From: Candidatus Bathyarchaeota archaeon
GTDB lineage: Archaea > Thermoproteota > Bathyarchaeia > Bathyarchaeales > Bathycorpusculaceae
Reading direction: 5' to 3'
Assembly: GCA_963780185.1 (NCBI GenBank)
Contig: CAWABA010000005.1
Coordinates: forward strand, 32,001-96,000
Length of the DNA stretch: 64,000 nt
Of the stretch, positions 50,748-59,758 are shown in pieces. The first letter of the stretch is position 1. Each line of letters opens with the position of its first letter. A model generated the notes under the pieces. It was not told the origin of the DNA and ran no database searches. It was given only the letters and a program-made list of their open reading frames with translations. Both the position numbers and the translations under genes were made by a program.

Positions 50748-52380
50748 TATTCAAAGAATAGCCGAACAGGAACTTGATTTCCAGCGAGGCTACAAGTACC
50801 GCATTAATGTTTGCTGCTCAAGCGGCTGTGTCCCCTTTGGGGCGTTAAAAGTACTCTCAGCCTTCGAAAGCGCAGTCAGGGAATTGGGCGTGGATAATGA
50901 ATGTAAAGTTGCGCGCACGGGCTGCATCGGCACATGTTCAGTCGGCCCCGCGGTGCTGATTGAACCAGGCGACTACCTCTACCAAAACGTCACTCCTGAA
51001 TCAGTCAGGCAAATTGTCCGTGACCACATCGTCCTTGGGTTACCTGTCAAAGACATGCTCTACAAGAACGAAGCCTACTTCAAAAAGCAACATCGGCTTG
51101 TCCTAAGAAACGCCGGCAAAATTGACCCGCTGAGAATTCAAGATTACATTTCCGCAGGCGGCTACTGTGCCATCGCCAAATGTTTAACATCCATGACTCC
51201 GCAAGCCGTAATCGCCGAAGTAGTGGCAAGCGGACTCCGCGGAAGAGGCGGCGCAGGTTTCCCAACTGGACAAAAATGGACTCTGGTTTCAAGAGCGCAA
51301 AACACACCCAAATATATCGTTGCAAACTTGGATGAAGGCGACCCAGGTGTCTTCGCAAACAGAACCCTAGCTGAAGCTGACCCACACGCTATCATCGAAG
51401 GCATGCTTATCGGCGCTTTCGCAATCGGGGCGGAGAAAGGCTACATTTACATACGGTCTGAGTACCCGTTAGCCATCCAAACTTTGGTGAAAGCCATTGC
51501 TCAAGCCAAGGCAATGTCTCTTCTCGGCGACAACATCTTGGAAACCAACTTCAAATTTGACCTTGAACTCCGATTCGGCGCAGGCGCTTTCGTGGCTGGA
51601 GAAGAAACCGCGATTCTTGCTTCAGTAGAAGGCCAAAGAGCCATGCCTCGTCCGCGTCCACCGTACCCAGCCAACTCGGGTTTGTGGAAGAAACCGACGC
51701 TTATCCAGAACGTTGAGACGTTCGCTAATATTCCTCCGATTGTGCAGAATGGCGGTGCATGGTTCGCGAAGTTCGGCACGGCAAAGTGCGCTGGAACCAA
51801 GTGTTTCTCTTTAACGGGCAAGGTGAACAATCCAGGGTTGATTGAAGTGCCGATGGGAATCACGCTTCGAGAAGTAGTCTACGACATCGGAGGCGGTGTT
51901 GCAAACGGAAAGAAATTCAAAGCTGTCCTCGTCGGCGGCCCTTCAGGCGGTTGCCTCCCAGAAACGTTGCTTGAACTTCCAATCGACTACGAATCACTAA
52001 CCAAAGTAGGAGCAATCATGGGTTCAGGCGGCATAGTTGTGCTCGACGATGAATCCTGCATGGTTGACACTGCACGGTTCTTCACTGACTTCTGTGTGGA
52101 CGAATCATGCGGTAAATGCACGCCATGCCGAGCAGGCTTAGCGCGAGTCAAAGAAATTTACGACCAAATAACCACGGGCAACGGAAAAATGGATGACATA
52201 GTGACGCTGGAGAAATCAGGCGTTTTCATACGGGACGCAAGCCTCTGCGGGCTTGGCCAAACTGCTCCTAACCCAGTTCTTACGACACTTCGCTACTTCA
52301 AAGATGAATACATCAAACACATAGTTGAAAAGAAGTGCGAAGCAGGAAAATGCTTCAAAAACCACGAGGAGGACGAATAA
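50713..52380 (+). CDS. hoxF: Bidirectional hydrogenase diaphorase subunit HoxF (NuoF-like)
   Basis: N-terminal thioredoxin-like [2Fe-2S] domain, GLRGRGGAGFPTG, DEGDPG, GEET, ESCGKCTPCR, SLCGLG; likely start CTG 50734. Confidence 0.92.
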   Translation: MRWEELKLKVTDIQRIAEQELDFQRGYKYRINVCCSSGCVPFGALKVLSAFESAVRELGVDNECKVARTGCIGTCSVGPAVLIEPGDYLYQNVTPESVRQIVRDHIVLGLPVKDMLYKNEAYFKKQHRLVLRNAGKIDPLRIQDYISAGGYCAIAKCLTSMTPQAVIAEVVASGLRGRGGAGFPTGQKWTLVSRAQNTPKYIVANLDEGDPGVFANRTLAEADPHAIIEGMLIGAFAIGAEKGYIYIRSEYPLAIQTLVKAIAQAKAMSLLGDNILETNFKFDLELRFGAGAFVAGEETAILASVEGQRAMPRPRPPYPANSGLWKKPTLIQNVETFANIPPIVQNGGAWFAKFGTAKCAGTKCFSLTGKVNNPGLIEVPMGITLREVVYDIGGGVANGKKFKAVLVGGPSGGCLPETLLELPIDYESLTKVGAIMGSGGIVVLDDESCMVDTARFFTDFCVDESCGKCTPCRAGLARVKEIYDQITTGNGKMDDIVTLEKSGVFIRDASLCGLGQTAPNPVLTTLRYFKDEYIKHIVEKKCEAGKCFKNHEEDE

Positions 52381-52382
52381 AC

Positions 52383-53093
52383 ATGTCGGCACCGAGCACT
52401 CTTAAACTTAAAATCGACGGCGTCGAAGTTTCAGTTCCTGAAGGCACCACCATCCTCAAAGCCGCCAAAGCAAACGGCATCATAATTCCCACGATATGCT
52501 CGCTTGAAGGCTTAACCCCCTACGGCGGTTGCCGCCTTTGCCTCGTGGAAATCAGTGGTTCACCTAAGCTTTTCCCAGCCTGCACCACACCTGTAGGTCC
52601 AAACATGGAAGTCACCACAAAATCCGATCGTCTGCATGAGTACCGCAAGATGGCTGTTCAAATGCTTCTCGCCGAGAGAACGCACATCTGCTCGGTCTGC
52701 GTCGCCAATGACCACTGCGAGTTGCAAGCCATGGCTAAGGAGCTTGGCGTTGACCATGTGATGTTTGAGCGTAACTGGACTTGTGATCCAGTCGATTCCA
52801 CTCATGACTTCTTGGTGATTGACCGAAACCGCTGTATCCTATGTACAAGATGCATCCGTGTCTGCGACCAAATTGAAGGTGTCCACACACTTGACCTCAA
52901 ATTAAGAGGAAAAGACACCCAGGTAATCATGGACCTAGACGAGAAATGGGTTAACAGTTGCAGCTGCACTTCCTGCCGCAAATGCGCCAAAGTTTGCCCC
53001 GTCGGAGCCATATACATCGAGGGCGAACCAATTGACCACACCAAACGTAAAGATATTGCCGAGTTCGTCTTGGCAAGGAGGCAACACAAATGA
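52383..53093 (+). CDS. hoxU: Bidirectional hydrogenase subunit HoxU
   Basis: [2Fe-2S] CRLC..C, HxCxxC..C, CILCTRC, CTSCRKC..CP. Confidence 0.92.
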   Translation: MSAPSTLKLKIDGVEVSVPEGTTILKAAKANGIIIPTICSLEGLTPYGGCRLCLVEISGSPKLFPACTTPVGPNMEVTTKSDRLHEYRKMAVQMLLAERTHICSVCVANDHCELQAMAKELGVDHVMFERNWTCDPVDSTHDFLVIDRNRCILCTRCIRVCDQIEGVHTLDLKLRGKDTQVIMDLDEKWVNSCSCTSCRKCAKVCPVGAIYIEGEPIDHTKRKDIAEFVLARRQHK

Positions 53094-53632
53094 CCGCGAA
53101 CGCGAAGGTTAGGGTTGCCACGGTTTGGCTTAGCGGCTGCTCAGGCTGCCACATGTCATTCCTTGACCAAGATGAGCGCCTCGTCGATTTGGCAAAGAAA
53201 ATACAGTTGGTTTACAGCCCGATTGCCGACGTGAAAGAGTTTCCAGAAAACGTTGACGTTACACTCATCGAAGGCGCCATCGCAAATGAAGAGCAGCTTC
53301 ACATGCTTGAGAAGGTTAGAGCCCGAACTAAAGTTTTGATTTCTCTTGGCGACTGCGCTGTGACGGGAAACGTAACTGCTTTGAGAAACGCTTGGCGTCA
53401 CAGCGACAAAGCAGTGCTGGTGAGGGCTTACAAGGAGAAGTCTGATTTGAACGCTGCAATCCCCACTGACGTGCCTAAGCTTCTGATTAAGGCTCGTCCT
53501 CTGCATGAAGCCGTCAAAGTTGATTTCTTCATCCCAGGGTGTCCGCCGCATGCAGACCTGATTAACTACGTGTTAACCGAGCTGCTTGCAGGACGAACGC
53601 CACGTATGGAGGGTAAAACAAAATATGGTTAA
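53090..53632 (+). CDS. hoxY: [NiFe] hydrogenase small subunit HoxY
   Basis: WLSGCSGCHMS, GDCAVTG, PGCPP; 180 aa with a single cluster. Confidence 0.93.
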   Translation: MTANAKVRVATVWLSGCSGCHMSFLDQDERLVDLAKKIQLVYSPIADVKEFPENVDVTLIEGAIANEEQLHMLEKVRARTKVLISLGDCAVTGNVTALRNAWRHSDKAVLVRAYKEKSDLNAAIPTDVPKLLIKARPLHEAVKVDFFIPGCPPHADLINYVLTELLAGRTPRMEGKTKYG

Positions 53633-55070
53633 ATCAGAAAAGAACCCGAAAGAAATCGTAATCAGCCCCGTCACGCGAATTGAGGGGCACGCTCAAGTAT
53701 CCATCTGCCTAAACGCCGATGACTCCGTGAAAGAAGCCCGTTTCCAAGTTACAGACTTTCGAGGCTTCGAAAAATTCACTGAAGGACGACCCTTCTACGA
53801 AATGCCCAGCATAACCTCCAGAGCCTGCGGAATCTGCCCAGTCAGCCACCTGATAGCCTCAGCCAAAGCCTGCGACGCCATCGTCGGAGTAACCCCGCCG
53901 CCAACCGCCATAAAACTGCGCCGCCTAATGCATATGGGACAGATGATTCAGTCGCACGCATTGAACTTCTATCACCTCTCCTCGCCTGACCTGCTATTTG
54001 GCTTTGACTCTGACCCAGCTACAAGAAACGTTTTCGGCTTAATCGAAAAGGACCCCAACCTCGCTTTGCAGGGTGTTAAGCTTCGAAAGTTCGGTCAAGA
54101 AATAATTGAGAAGGTTGCTGGCAAAAGAATACACTCCAGCGAATGGATTCTTCCAGGCGGAGCGAAATGGCCGCTTAGCAAAGCCAAAGCAGATTACCTG
54201 CGAGCTAACTTGCCTGAGGCGTTGGATAGTGCGCAGAAGACTTTGGCGCTTTTTAAGAAGTGGCTGGTTAACTTTGACGATGAAGTGGAGAACTTCGGCA
54301 ACTTCCCAAGCTACTACATGGGTCTAGTCACCTCTGACGGCGGACTTGAACACTACGACGGCACCTTAACCATAATGGACAATGACGGACAGGTTGTCGC
54401 CCGATGTGTTGACCCAGCCAAGTACAGTGACTTTATCGGTGAAGCCGTGGAACCCTACTCGTTCATGAAGTTTCCTTACTTCAAAGCAGTCGGCTACCCC
54501 GAAGGCTTCTACCGCGTCGGTCCACTGGCACGGCTAAACGTTGCGTCCCACTGCGATACACCGCTTGCAGACATGGAGCTTAAAGAATTCAAGAAACTTG
54601 GCAAGAACGGTGTTGTGCAAAGCACCTTTCACTACCATTACGCGCGGCTGATTGAGTTGCTGTTCTGTGTTGAAAAGGCGCAGGAGCTGCTGGAAGACCC
54701 AGAAATCCTCTCTGAGCACGTGACGTCAAAGGCGATGGTGAATAATTATGAGGGCGTCGGCGTCGCTGAAGCCCCAAGAGGCACACTGATTCACCACTAC
54801 AAAGTCGACCCGCAAGGCATGATCACATGGAACAACATGATTATCGCAACCGAACACAACAACATCGCCTACAACAAAGCAGTAACGCAGGTTGCCAAAA
54901 AATACGTAAAAGCCAAGACGCTTCAAGAAGGCATGCTCAACCGCGTAGAAGCCGTAATCCGAGCCTTCGACCCATGCCTAAGCTGCGCAACCCACGCAGT
55001 CGGACAAATGCCGCTTGACATAAAACTCTTCGACGCAGACGGCGCCCTAATCGACCGCAAAATAAGATAA
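53625..55070 (+). CDS. hoxH: [NiFe] hydrogenase large subunit HoxH (group 3d)
   Basis: PVTRIEGH, L1 [22 protein letters not shown]2 DPCLSCATH plus a cleavable C-terminal tail. Confidence 0.95.
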   Translation: MVKSEKNPKEIVISPVTRIEGHAQVSICLNADDSVKEARFQVTDFRGFEKFTEGRPFYEMPSITSRACGICPVSHLIASAKACDAIVGVTPPPTAIKLRRLMHMGQMIQSHALNFYHLSSPDLLFGFDSDPATRNVFGLIEKDPNLALQGVKLRKFGQEIIEKVAGKRIHSSEWILPGGAKWPLSKAKADYLRANLPEALDSAQKTLALFKKWLVNFDDEVENFGNFPSYYMGLVTSDGGLEHYDGTLTIMDNDGQVVARCVDPAKYSDFIGEAVEPYSFMKFPYFKAVGYPEGFYRVGPLARLNVASHCDTPLADMELKEFKKLGKNGVVQSTFHYHYARLIELLFCVEKAQELLEDPEILSEHVTSKAMVNNYEGVGVAEAPRGTLIHHYKVDPQGMITWNNMIIATEHNNIAYNKAVTQVAKKYVKAKTLQEGMLNRVEAVIRAFDPCLSCATHAVGQMPLDIKLFDADGALIDRKIR

Positions 55071-55401
55071 ACCCAACTCTTCCTTTTTTCTTTCCGCTTT
55101 TTGTCTTGGTTTTTTGATGTAAATACTAGACCCCCTCCCTCGGTCCGTTGCAACCCATATTTACATTGGGTTTTTGATGTAAAATGGGGTACCCTTCAAT
55201 CGTCGAAGGTTTTGCTTGGGGTTTGTTTTGGGTTGCTTTTTTGGTTTAGAGCCCAAATCAGGTTGAACCAAGTTTTGCCCTCCGATGGTTTTTTGGGTTT
55301 TTGCGAGAAAATTAGGTATAAACCCACTCATACCTGCCCAGCCTAGTTTATTAAAACCGCCGCTCCATTTCTTAAATGAAGATTCTGGAGGAAAAAACGA
55401 T

Positions 55402-55671
55402 TTGAACCTCGAGGTTTTCTACGCTGTCGGCACCGCCTTAGTTATTGCTGGAATCATAGTTATCGTTGCCGCGATAATTACTGCTTCAGCCCGCGGCGCC
55501 CAAAAAGGCAAGGAAAGCAAAGTCAAAGCCGCAGGCGTAATCATGATTGGACCAATCCCGATCATCTTCGGAACCGACAAAAAATCCGTCAAGACGGTTT
55601 TGGCGCTGGCTCTGGCACTTGTCGTCGCCGCCATCATTGCGATGGTGGTGTTTTATTGGTTGCTGAGGTGA
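55402..55671 (+). CDS. DUF131-family membrane protein
   Basis: AAGVIMIGPIPIIFGTD motif; GGAGG SD before TTG 55402. Confidence 0.85.
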   Translation: MNLEVFYAVGTALVIAGIIVIVAAIITASARGAQKGKESKVKAAGVIMIGPIPIIFGTDKKSVKTVLALALALVVAAIIAMVVFYWLLR

Positions 55672-55967
55672 ATGGTTTGGCTGAGAATGATGATTCTGAA
55701 GAAGGCGGCATCGCCGTTTCCAGCAGGCTTTTTGGGCTGCTTATCTTGGGCGTTGCGTTGGTTTTTGTGGGCATAGTGGTTTTGGTGGTTGTCTCCTTGG
55801 TTTTTGGCAGTTCAACAAGCGTCGGCGTGGTTGTTTTTATCGGTCCGTTCCCGATTGTTTTCGGTTCGGGTCCCAACGCTGCGTGGCTGATAACCATCGG
55901 AGTTGTTCTTGCGGCGTTAAGTGTGGTTTTGTTTTTTGTGTTGAATAGAAGAAGATTTAGAGTTTGA
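55668..55967 (+). CDS. DUF131-family membrane protein (second paralogue)
   Basis: GVVVFIGPFPIVFGSG motif. Confidence 0.82.
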   Translation: MNGLAENDDSEEGGIAVSSRLFGLLILGVALVFVGIVVLVVVSLVFGSSTSVGVVVFIGPFPIVFGSGPNAAWLITIGVVLAALSVVLFFVLNRRRFRV

Positions 55968-55979
55968 TGCGGGGCGGGT

Positions 55980-56105
55980 TTAGTCTGCTGATTCTTCTTC
56001 CTCTTCTTTGTTGTAGTACGTGTAGAGGAAGATGAGAATTAACGCTATGAAAATTGAACTCATCGCGACGTATTCCAAAGTTACGAAGTATGCGCCTAAA
56101 TCCAT
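55980..56105 (-). CDS. Small single-TM protein (41 aa)
   Basis: MDLGAYFVTLEYVAMSSIFIALILIFLYTYYNKEEEEESAD*; GGGAG SD upstream. Confidence 0.6.
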   Translation of the reverse strand: MDLGAYFVTLEYVAMSSIFIALILIFLYTYYNKEEEEESAD

Positions 56106-56149
56106 ATGGATTCTCCCTGCAATTGCATATTCTTGTAACATCTAAATAT

Positions 56150-56560
56150 TTAAGGTGTCGCTTTTTTCCACTCATTCATGAGCATCTCGTAGCTGCCGTC
56201 GTCTGTCTCGATGGCTTCGAACCAGCTTAGGTTCGCCGCGATTTTCTGGGTAAGAAGGTGGTAGCACATGTGGACTTTTTTGTCAAGGACGCGGAAGTAG
56301 AAGTCGTCGCATGTGCAGAACTCCGCTTCCGGCATGATTAGGTAGTCACGTTCTTTGCCCACAACAATCCAAACCACTTTTCCACTCGGCTTAAACGTAT
56401 ACTTCTTCACTCTGCCCTCTTTTAAGGCGTCAAGGGCTTTGGTGAATCTTGACCCGAAAAGCTCGTAGAGCTCCGTCAGGTCGGTGCCTGACAGTTTGCC
56501 CGCTGCTTTTGCTTCCCGACAAATAACGTTTAACGTGTCTAACTCTTGATTGTCGCTCAT
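56150..56560 (-). CDS. SWIM zinc-finger protein
   Basis: FCTCDDF..CYHLL (CxC-xn-CxH). Confidence 0.85.
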   Translation of the reverse strand: MSDNQELDTLNVICREAKAAGKLSGTDLTELYELFGSRFTKALDALKEGRVKKYTFKPSGKVVWIVVGKERDYLIMPEAEFCTCDDFYFRVLDKKVHMCYHLLTQKIAANLSWFEAIETDDGSYEMLMNEWKKATP

Positions 56561-56607
56561 TATTGTACTCGCAACATTGAATTATTGCAGGGATTGAATT
56601 TAGCTTT

Positions 56608-57204
56608 TTAGCCGATGTCGATGGGTTCGCCCTTTGGCTTGTCTTCTGCTTCAGCCTTGGGCACGACGACTTCTAAGACGCCGTTTTTGTGGCTTGACCT
56701 TGCCTCTTTAATCCGCACCTTCGCGGGGAGGTTAACTTCCTTAAAGTACTTGTACTGTGGCGTGTCCACCGAAATCGTCAACGAATCCTCGGTGCCGTGC
56801 AGTTTAATGTCTGTTTTCTCTACGCCTGGCAACTCTACAACCACGTGGATTTCGCCGTCTGCGTCAACGATGTCAACGAGGGGTTCGCGTTCCTCCTTAA
56901 CCTGCGGGGTTCCTTTGAGGCCTTTCTTGATGTTCCCGAACTCTTGAATTTCAGGTTTGCCGTCGGGGCCTATCTTCATGCTGTACCCGTAAACGAATGG
57001 CCCCAGCTCCCGCACTGTGCTTCCGTCAGGCTGCTTACGTTCTTTAACGTATTCTTTAGGGACTTTATCCGTGAAGTTCTTCATTTCCTCATCCATCATC
57101 TTCTCCATTTCACGGAACATGTCATCTATGTCGCCGAAGAAAGGGTCCTTAGCCTTTTTGCGTCTGGTCCACTCAGGATACTCGTCGTCATTATCTGAAG
57201 ACAT
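56608..57204 (-). CDS. hsp20: Archaeal small heat shock protein Hsp20
   Basis: GPFVYGYSMKIGPDGKP..EFGN, REPLVD, ELPGV, NGVLEV; start at ATG 57204. Confidence 0.93.
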   Translation of the reverse strand: MSSDNDDEYPEWTRRKKAKDPFFGDIDDMFREMEKMMDEEMKNFTDKVPKEYVKERKQPDGSTVRELGPFVYGYSMKIGPDGKPEIQEFGNIKKGLKGTPQVKEEREPLVDIVDADGEIHVVVELPGVEKTDIKLHGTEDSLTISVDTPQYKYFKEVNLPAKVRIKEARSSHKNGVLEVVVPKAEAEDKPKGEPIDIG

Positions 57205-57405
57205 ACACACTTCTCCACGCCAATCCATTCGTTTTCCGCTCCAATAAATTTTATGCACACAAAAGCGGTGTTTGAACGGCGTCCTTGGGCGGTTTAAGGC
57301 GATGGCTTGCAGAATCCAAAGCAATCCCAATGCTGGGCTTAAAAGTTTAAATGATGGAAAATAAACTAAATGGATTCAGCCGTCGGAAACGGCGGTGAAT
57401 TGCGT

Positions 57406-57514
57406 GCCGGGGTAGCCTAGCCTGGCCAGGGCGCCAGACTCATAATCTGGAGAGAACAAGGGGCAAGTGCCTTGGTCACAGAGGTCGCGTGCTCGAATCG
57501 CGCCCCCGGCACCA
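57406..57514 (+). tRNA. tRNA-Met(CAT), probably elongator, with a ~31-nt non-canonical intron in the variable region (~57453-57483)
   Basis: Acceptor GCCGGGG/CCCCGGC plus A-CCA; anticodon arm CCAGA-CTCATAA-TCTGG. Removing the insert restores the AGGTC variable loop. T-loop reads CTCGAAT. Confidence 0.88.
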
Positions 57515-57603
57515 ACCAATTTGGGCTTTGGACTTGATCTTATGCTAGTCTGCCTTTCTGGTTTTGCCATCGCTTGTTTTTTTACACTTAATCGAATTTG
57601 GAA

Positions 57604-58056
57604 TTAATTTGTACTCTTGGCAAGTTTTTGACCGCATTTATTACAGAAAGCAGCTTCATAGAGATTTTCCGCACCACATGAAAAGCAATAGATTTTTCTT
57701 TGTTGTGCTTGGGCTTGTGGCTGAGCAAAAAATCTAAAACTTGGTATTTGTTGATTGTTAGGGTTAGATGCTCTGTATGGCGTATAATTACCTATAACTA
57801 ACCCTATTACCGATGTTAGAGCACCAAATATTATCATAACGTAGCTCATAACCATTAAAAGAGTTTTAAGAACTATATCAGTGGCGTATGCGCTATTAAC
57901 TGCATAGGGAATCCCTAAAAAAGTTTTGTATTCACTTGGCAGTTGAATTGATTCTCCTAAAGCCAGGAAAATAAACCCTATAAACAACAGAACTATGCCA
58001 GCGATAATAGCGTTTTTTTGCCTTTGTGTTAATGACATCGCTTGATTTCCCATCAA
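57604..58056 (-). CDS. Membrane protein with C-terminal zinc ribbon
   Basis: Two TM helices; C-terminal CFSCG..FCNKCG. Confidence 0.8.
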   Translation of the reverse strand: MMGNQAMSLTQRQKNAIIAGIVLLFIGFIFLALGESIQLPSEYKTFLGIPYAVNSAYATDIVLKTLLMVMSYVMIIFGALTSVIGLVIGNYTPYRASNPNNQQIPSFRFFAQPQAQAQQRKIYCFSCGAENLYEAAFCNKCGQKLAKSTN

Positions 58057-58223
58057 ACATTAAGAAGCAATTTAGTTTTAAGTTTTGCTCTCTTCCGCTT
58101 TTTGCCTTCTAAAGACTTAATTTCTTACTTTTGATACTGATTGTTTAGTGCAGTTTAGTGCACTTAACTACCAAATAACGATACAAAAAATTAATAAATT
58201 TATTTTGTTATAAATATTTACAG

Positions 58224-58457
58224 ATGATAAATATGTCAAAAACTAAAACTTTAGAAGAGAGAGCGCGACAAAAAGTAGCCGAAGAAATACTTGAAGAGCG
58301 AAAACGATTGGAAAGTGAACAGCAACGACTTGAAAGAGAACGACAAATTGAATACAACAAGGTGTCTAATCGGCTAAGAAGAAACTGGTATTATCTTTCA
58401 GCGTTAACTATTGCCATAATCAGCCTTATCATTGGAATTTGGAAGCTTTGGTTTTAA
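58224..58457 (+). CDS. Small coiled-coil protein with C-terminal TM anchor
   Basis: E/R-rich helix followed by a hydrophobic tail. Confidence 0.6.
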   Translation: MINMSKTKTLEERARQKVAEEILEERKRLESEQQRLERERQIEYNKVSNRLRRNWYYLSALTIAIISLIIGIWKLWF

Positions 58458-58477
58458 GCTTGCTTTTTTGCCGTTTA

Positions 58478-58888
58478 CTATGTTGCAGGAAAAGAAATTA
58501 TTGGCTCAGAGTTTGAGATGGCAGACTTGACGTACAGAATTAATTGTTGGGAGTAGGTTTGGTTGGAATTTATGGTTCCTACCACGATTTGGAGCCCTGA
58601 GAAACTGCATCTATGTCCTTGTATTGCAGCGAAGCCTTTACTTGAATTATCTTCAGAAACTACAAACGCAAAATTCGAACCAACAATTGGGGCCAAAGAA
58701 AATGTATACCCCAAGGTTATGTTATATTGGACAGCACCAAATTTTATGGAATATGGCTGGTTAATTTGGGTAATAGAGACTTTGGTGTAACCTGAAAGCG
58801 AATTAGCTACAAGGATTTCGTAGCCAACGAAGGCTATAACAACGAATGCCACCAATAAAACAACCGTTATGATTTTTCTCTTCCGCAA
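58478..58888 (-). CDS. Membrane-anchored hypothetical protein
   Basis: MRKRK plus hydrophobic anchor, then a beta-rich domain. Confidence 0.65.
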   Translation of the reverse strand: MRKRKIITVVLLVAFVVIAFVGYEILVANSLSGYTKVSITQINQPYSIKFGAVQYNITLGYTFSLAPIVGSNFAFVVSEDNSSKGFAAIQGHRCSFSGLQIVVGTINSNQTYSQQLILYVKSAISNSEPIISFPAT

Positions 58889-59039
58889 TTAATATGCTCC
58901 TCTATTTCCTATTAGCCACTAAATTCAATTTCACATTAGCGTCAGTCACGATTTAACTTTTTCGTCAGGGCGCTTTGCCCTGTTTCCACCAAGCCATTGC
59001 CTTTGTTTTAGAATTTAGCCAAGCGCTGATTGGGCTTAA

Positions 59040-59255
59040 TCATGCGGTTTCTGTGATTGCTTCTTCCATTTGCCTTATCAAACCGTTTTGTCTGGCGTTC
59101 CAAATCTCTATTCCCATGATTTTTCCTTTCTTATCCAGCTCAAGATGAACGTCGGGCTCTGATTCGACTACTTCGTAGCTGGCGCCTTTTTTGAAAACCA
59201 AGTAGAATATGTCTTCTGTTTTGTCGTAGGATGCTTTTATTTTTGTTTTATCCAT
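59040..59255 (-). CDS. DUF2283-family protein (putative antitoxin)
   Basis: YDKTEDIFYL, LDKKGKIMGIEIWNA. Confidence 0.85.
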   Translation of the reverse strand: MDKTKIKASYDKTEDIFYLVFKKGASYEVVESEPDVHLELDKKGKIMGIEIWNARQNGLIRQMEEAITETA

Positions 59256-59450
59256 GCTCCTCTCGCCGTCTTGGTTTTAAGTAATTTGTCAAGTTTAGTC
59301 GTATAAAAGAATGTTATAACTTTAGCTCCATATCGCGTTCGGCACCAACTAGTCCTTGGCTCCTCCTGTTTTTGTGGTATTTTCTCTTTCGCAAGACAGT
59401 GACGAGCTTTCCCTGTCCGTGGTTGCTCTACAAGCGTATCTCAGGTTAGA
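59237..59450 (-). pseudogene. Remnant of a DUF4258/RelE-like toxin upstream of DUF2283 (5' end approximate)
   Basis: C-terminal fragment ..GAKVITFFYTTKLDKLLKTKTARGAWIKQK* overlaps the DUF2283 start; no intact upstream frame. Confidence 0.5.
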
Positions 59451-59758
59451 TAACTGATCCAAAATAGAGGCATCTGTGGAGGAAAATAGATCGGCAAGCT
59501 ATAGCATAATACCTATTAATCATATGATTGCAAAACTGGCTTAAAGAATTTTAAGAGAAACCAAAAACTCAGAAAATCAGAGTTATTTTTCTGGACACTT
59601 ATTTACTTGCGTTGAAGATTCCTGTAGCTTTATTCTAAGCTTTGGGGAGGGTCTCCAGCCGTCACTCTTACGAATCACCATGCTGAGGTTGTTATCAGGT
59701 GCCCAATAATTTTTCTGTTTCCTTACAACTTGTTTTGTTTTGCTCAATTGATTTATCC

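Noticed and set aside
53625-55070. Selenocysteine-containing ([NiFeSe]) hydrogenase
   Set aside because: The L2 motif is DPCLSC with ordinary Cys codons, and there is no in-frame TGA.
57205-57330. N-terminal extension of Hsp20 in the ORF track
   Set aside because: It runs through the divergent promoter region; a GGAG SD precedes ATG 57204.
57379-57393. Hairpin GCCGT-CGGAA-ACGGC just upstream of tRNA-Met as a split-tRNA leader or separate RNA
   Set aside because: The tRNA is complete in cis and no complementary partner was seen; a 5-bp stem is too little evidence.
57441-57443. Reading the CAT-anticodon tRNA as initiator Met or Ile2
   Set aside because: It lacks the initiator A1-U72 pair and the GGG/CCC anticodon stem, and the GCCGGGG acceptor fits elongator Met better than the GGGCCC-type Ile2. 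Not fully excluded without a covariance-model score.
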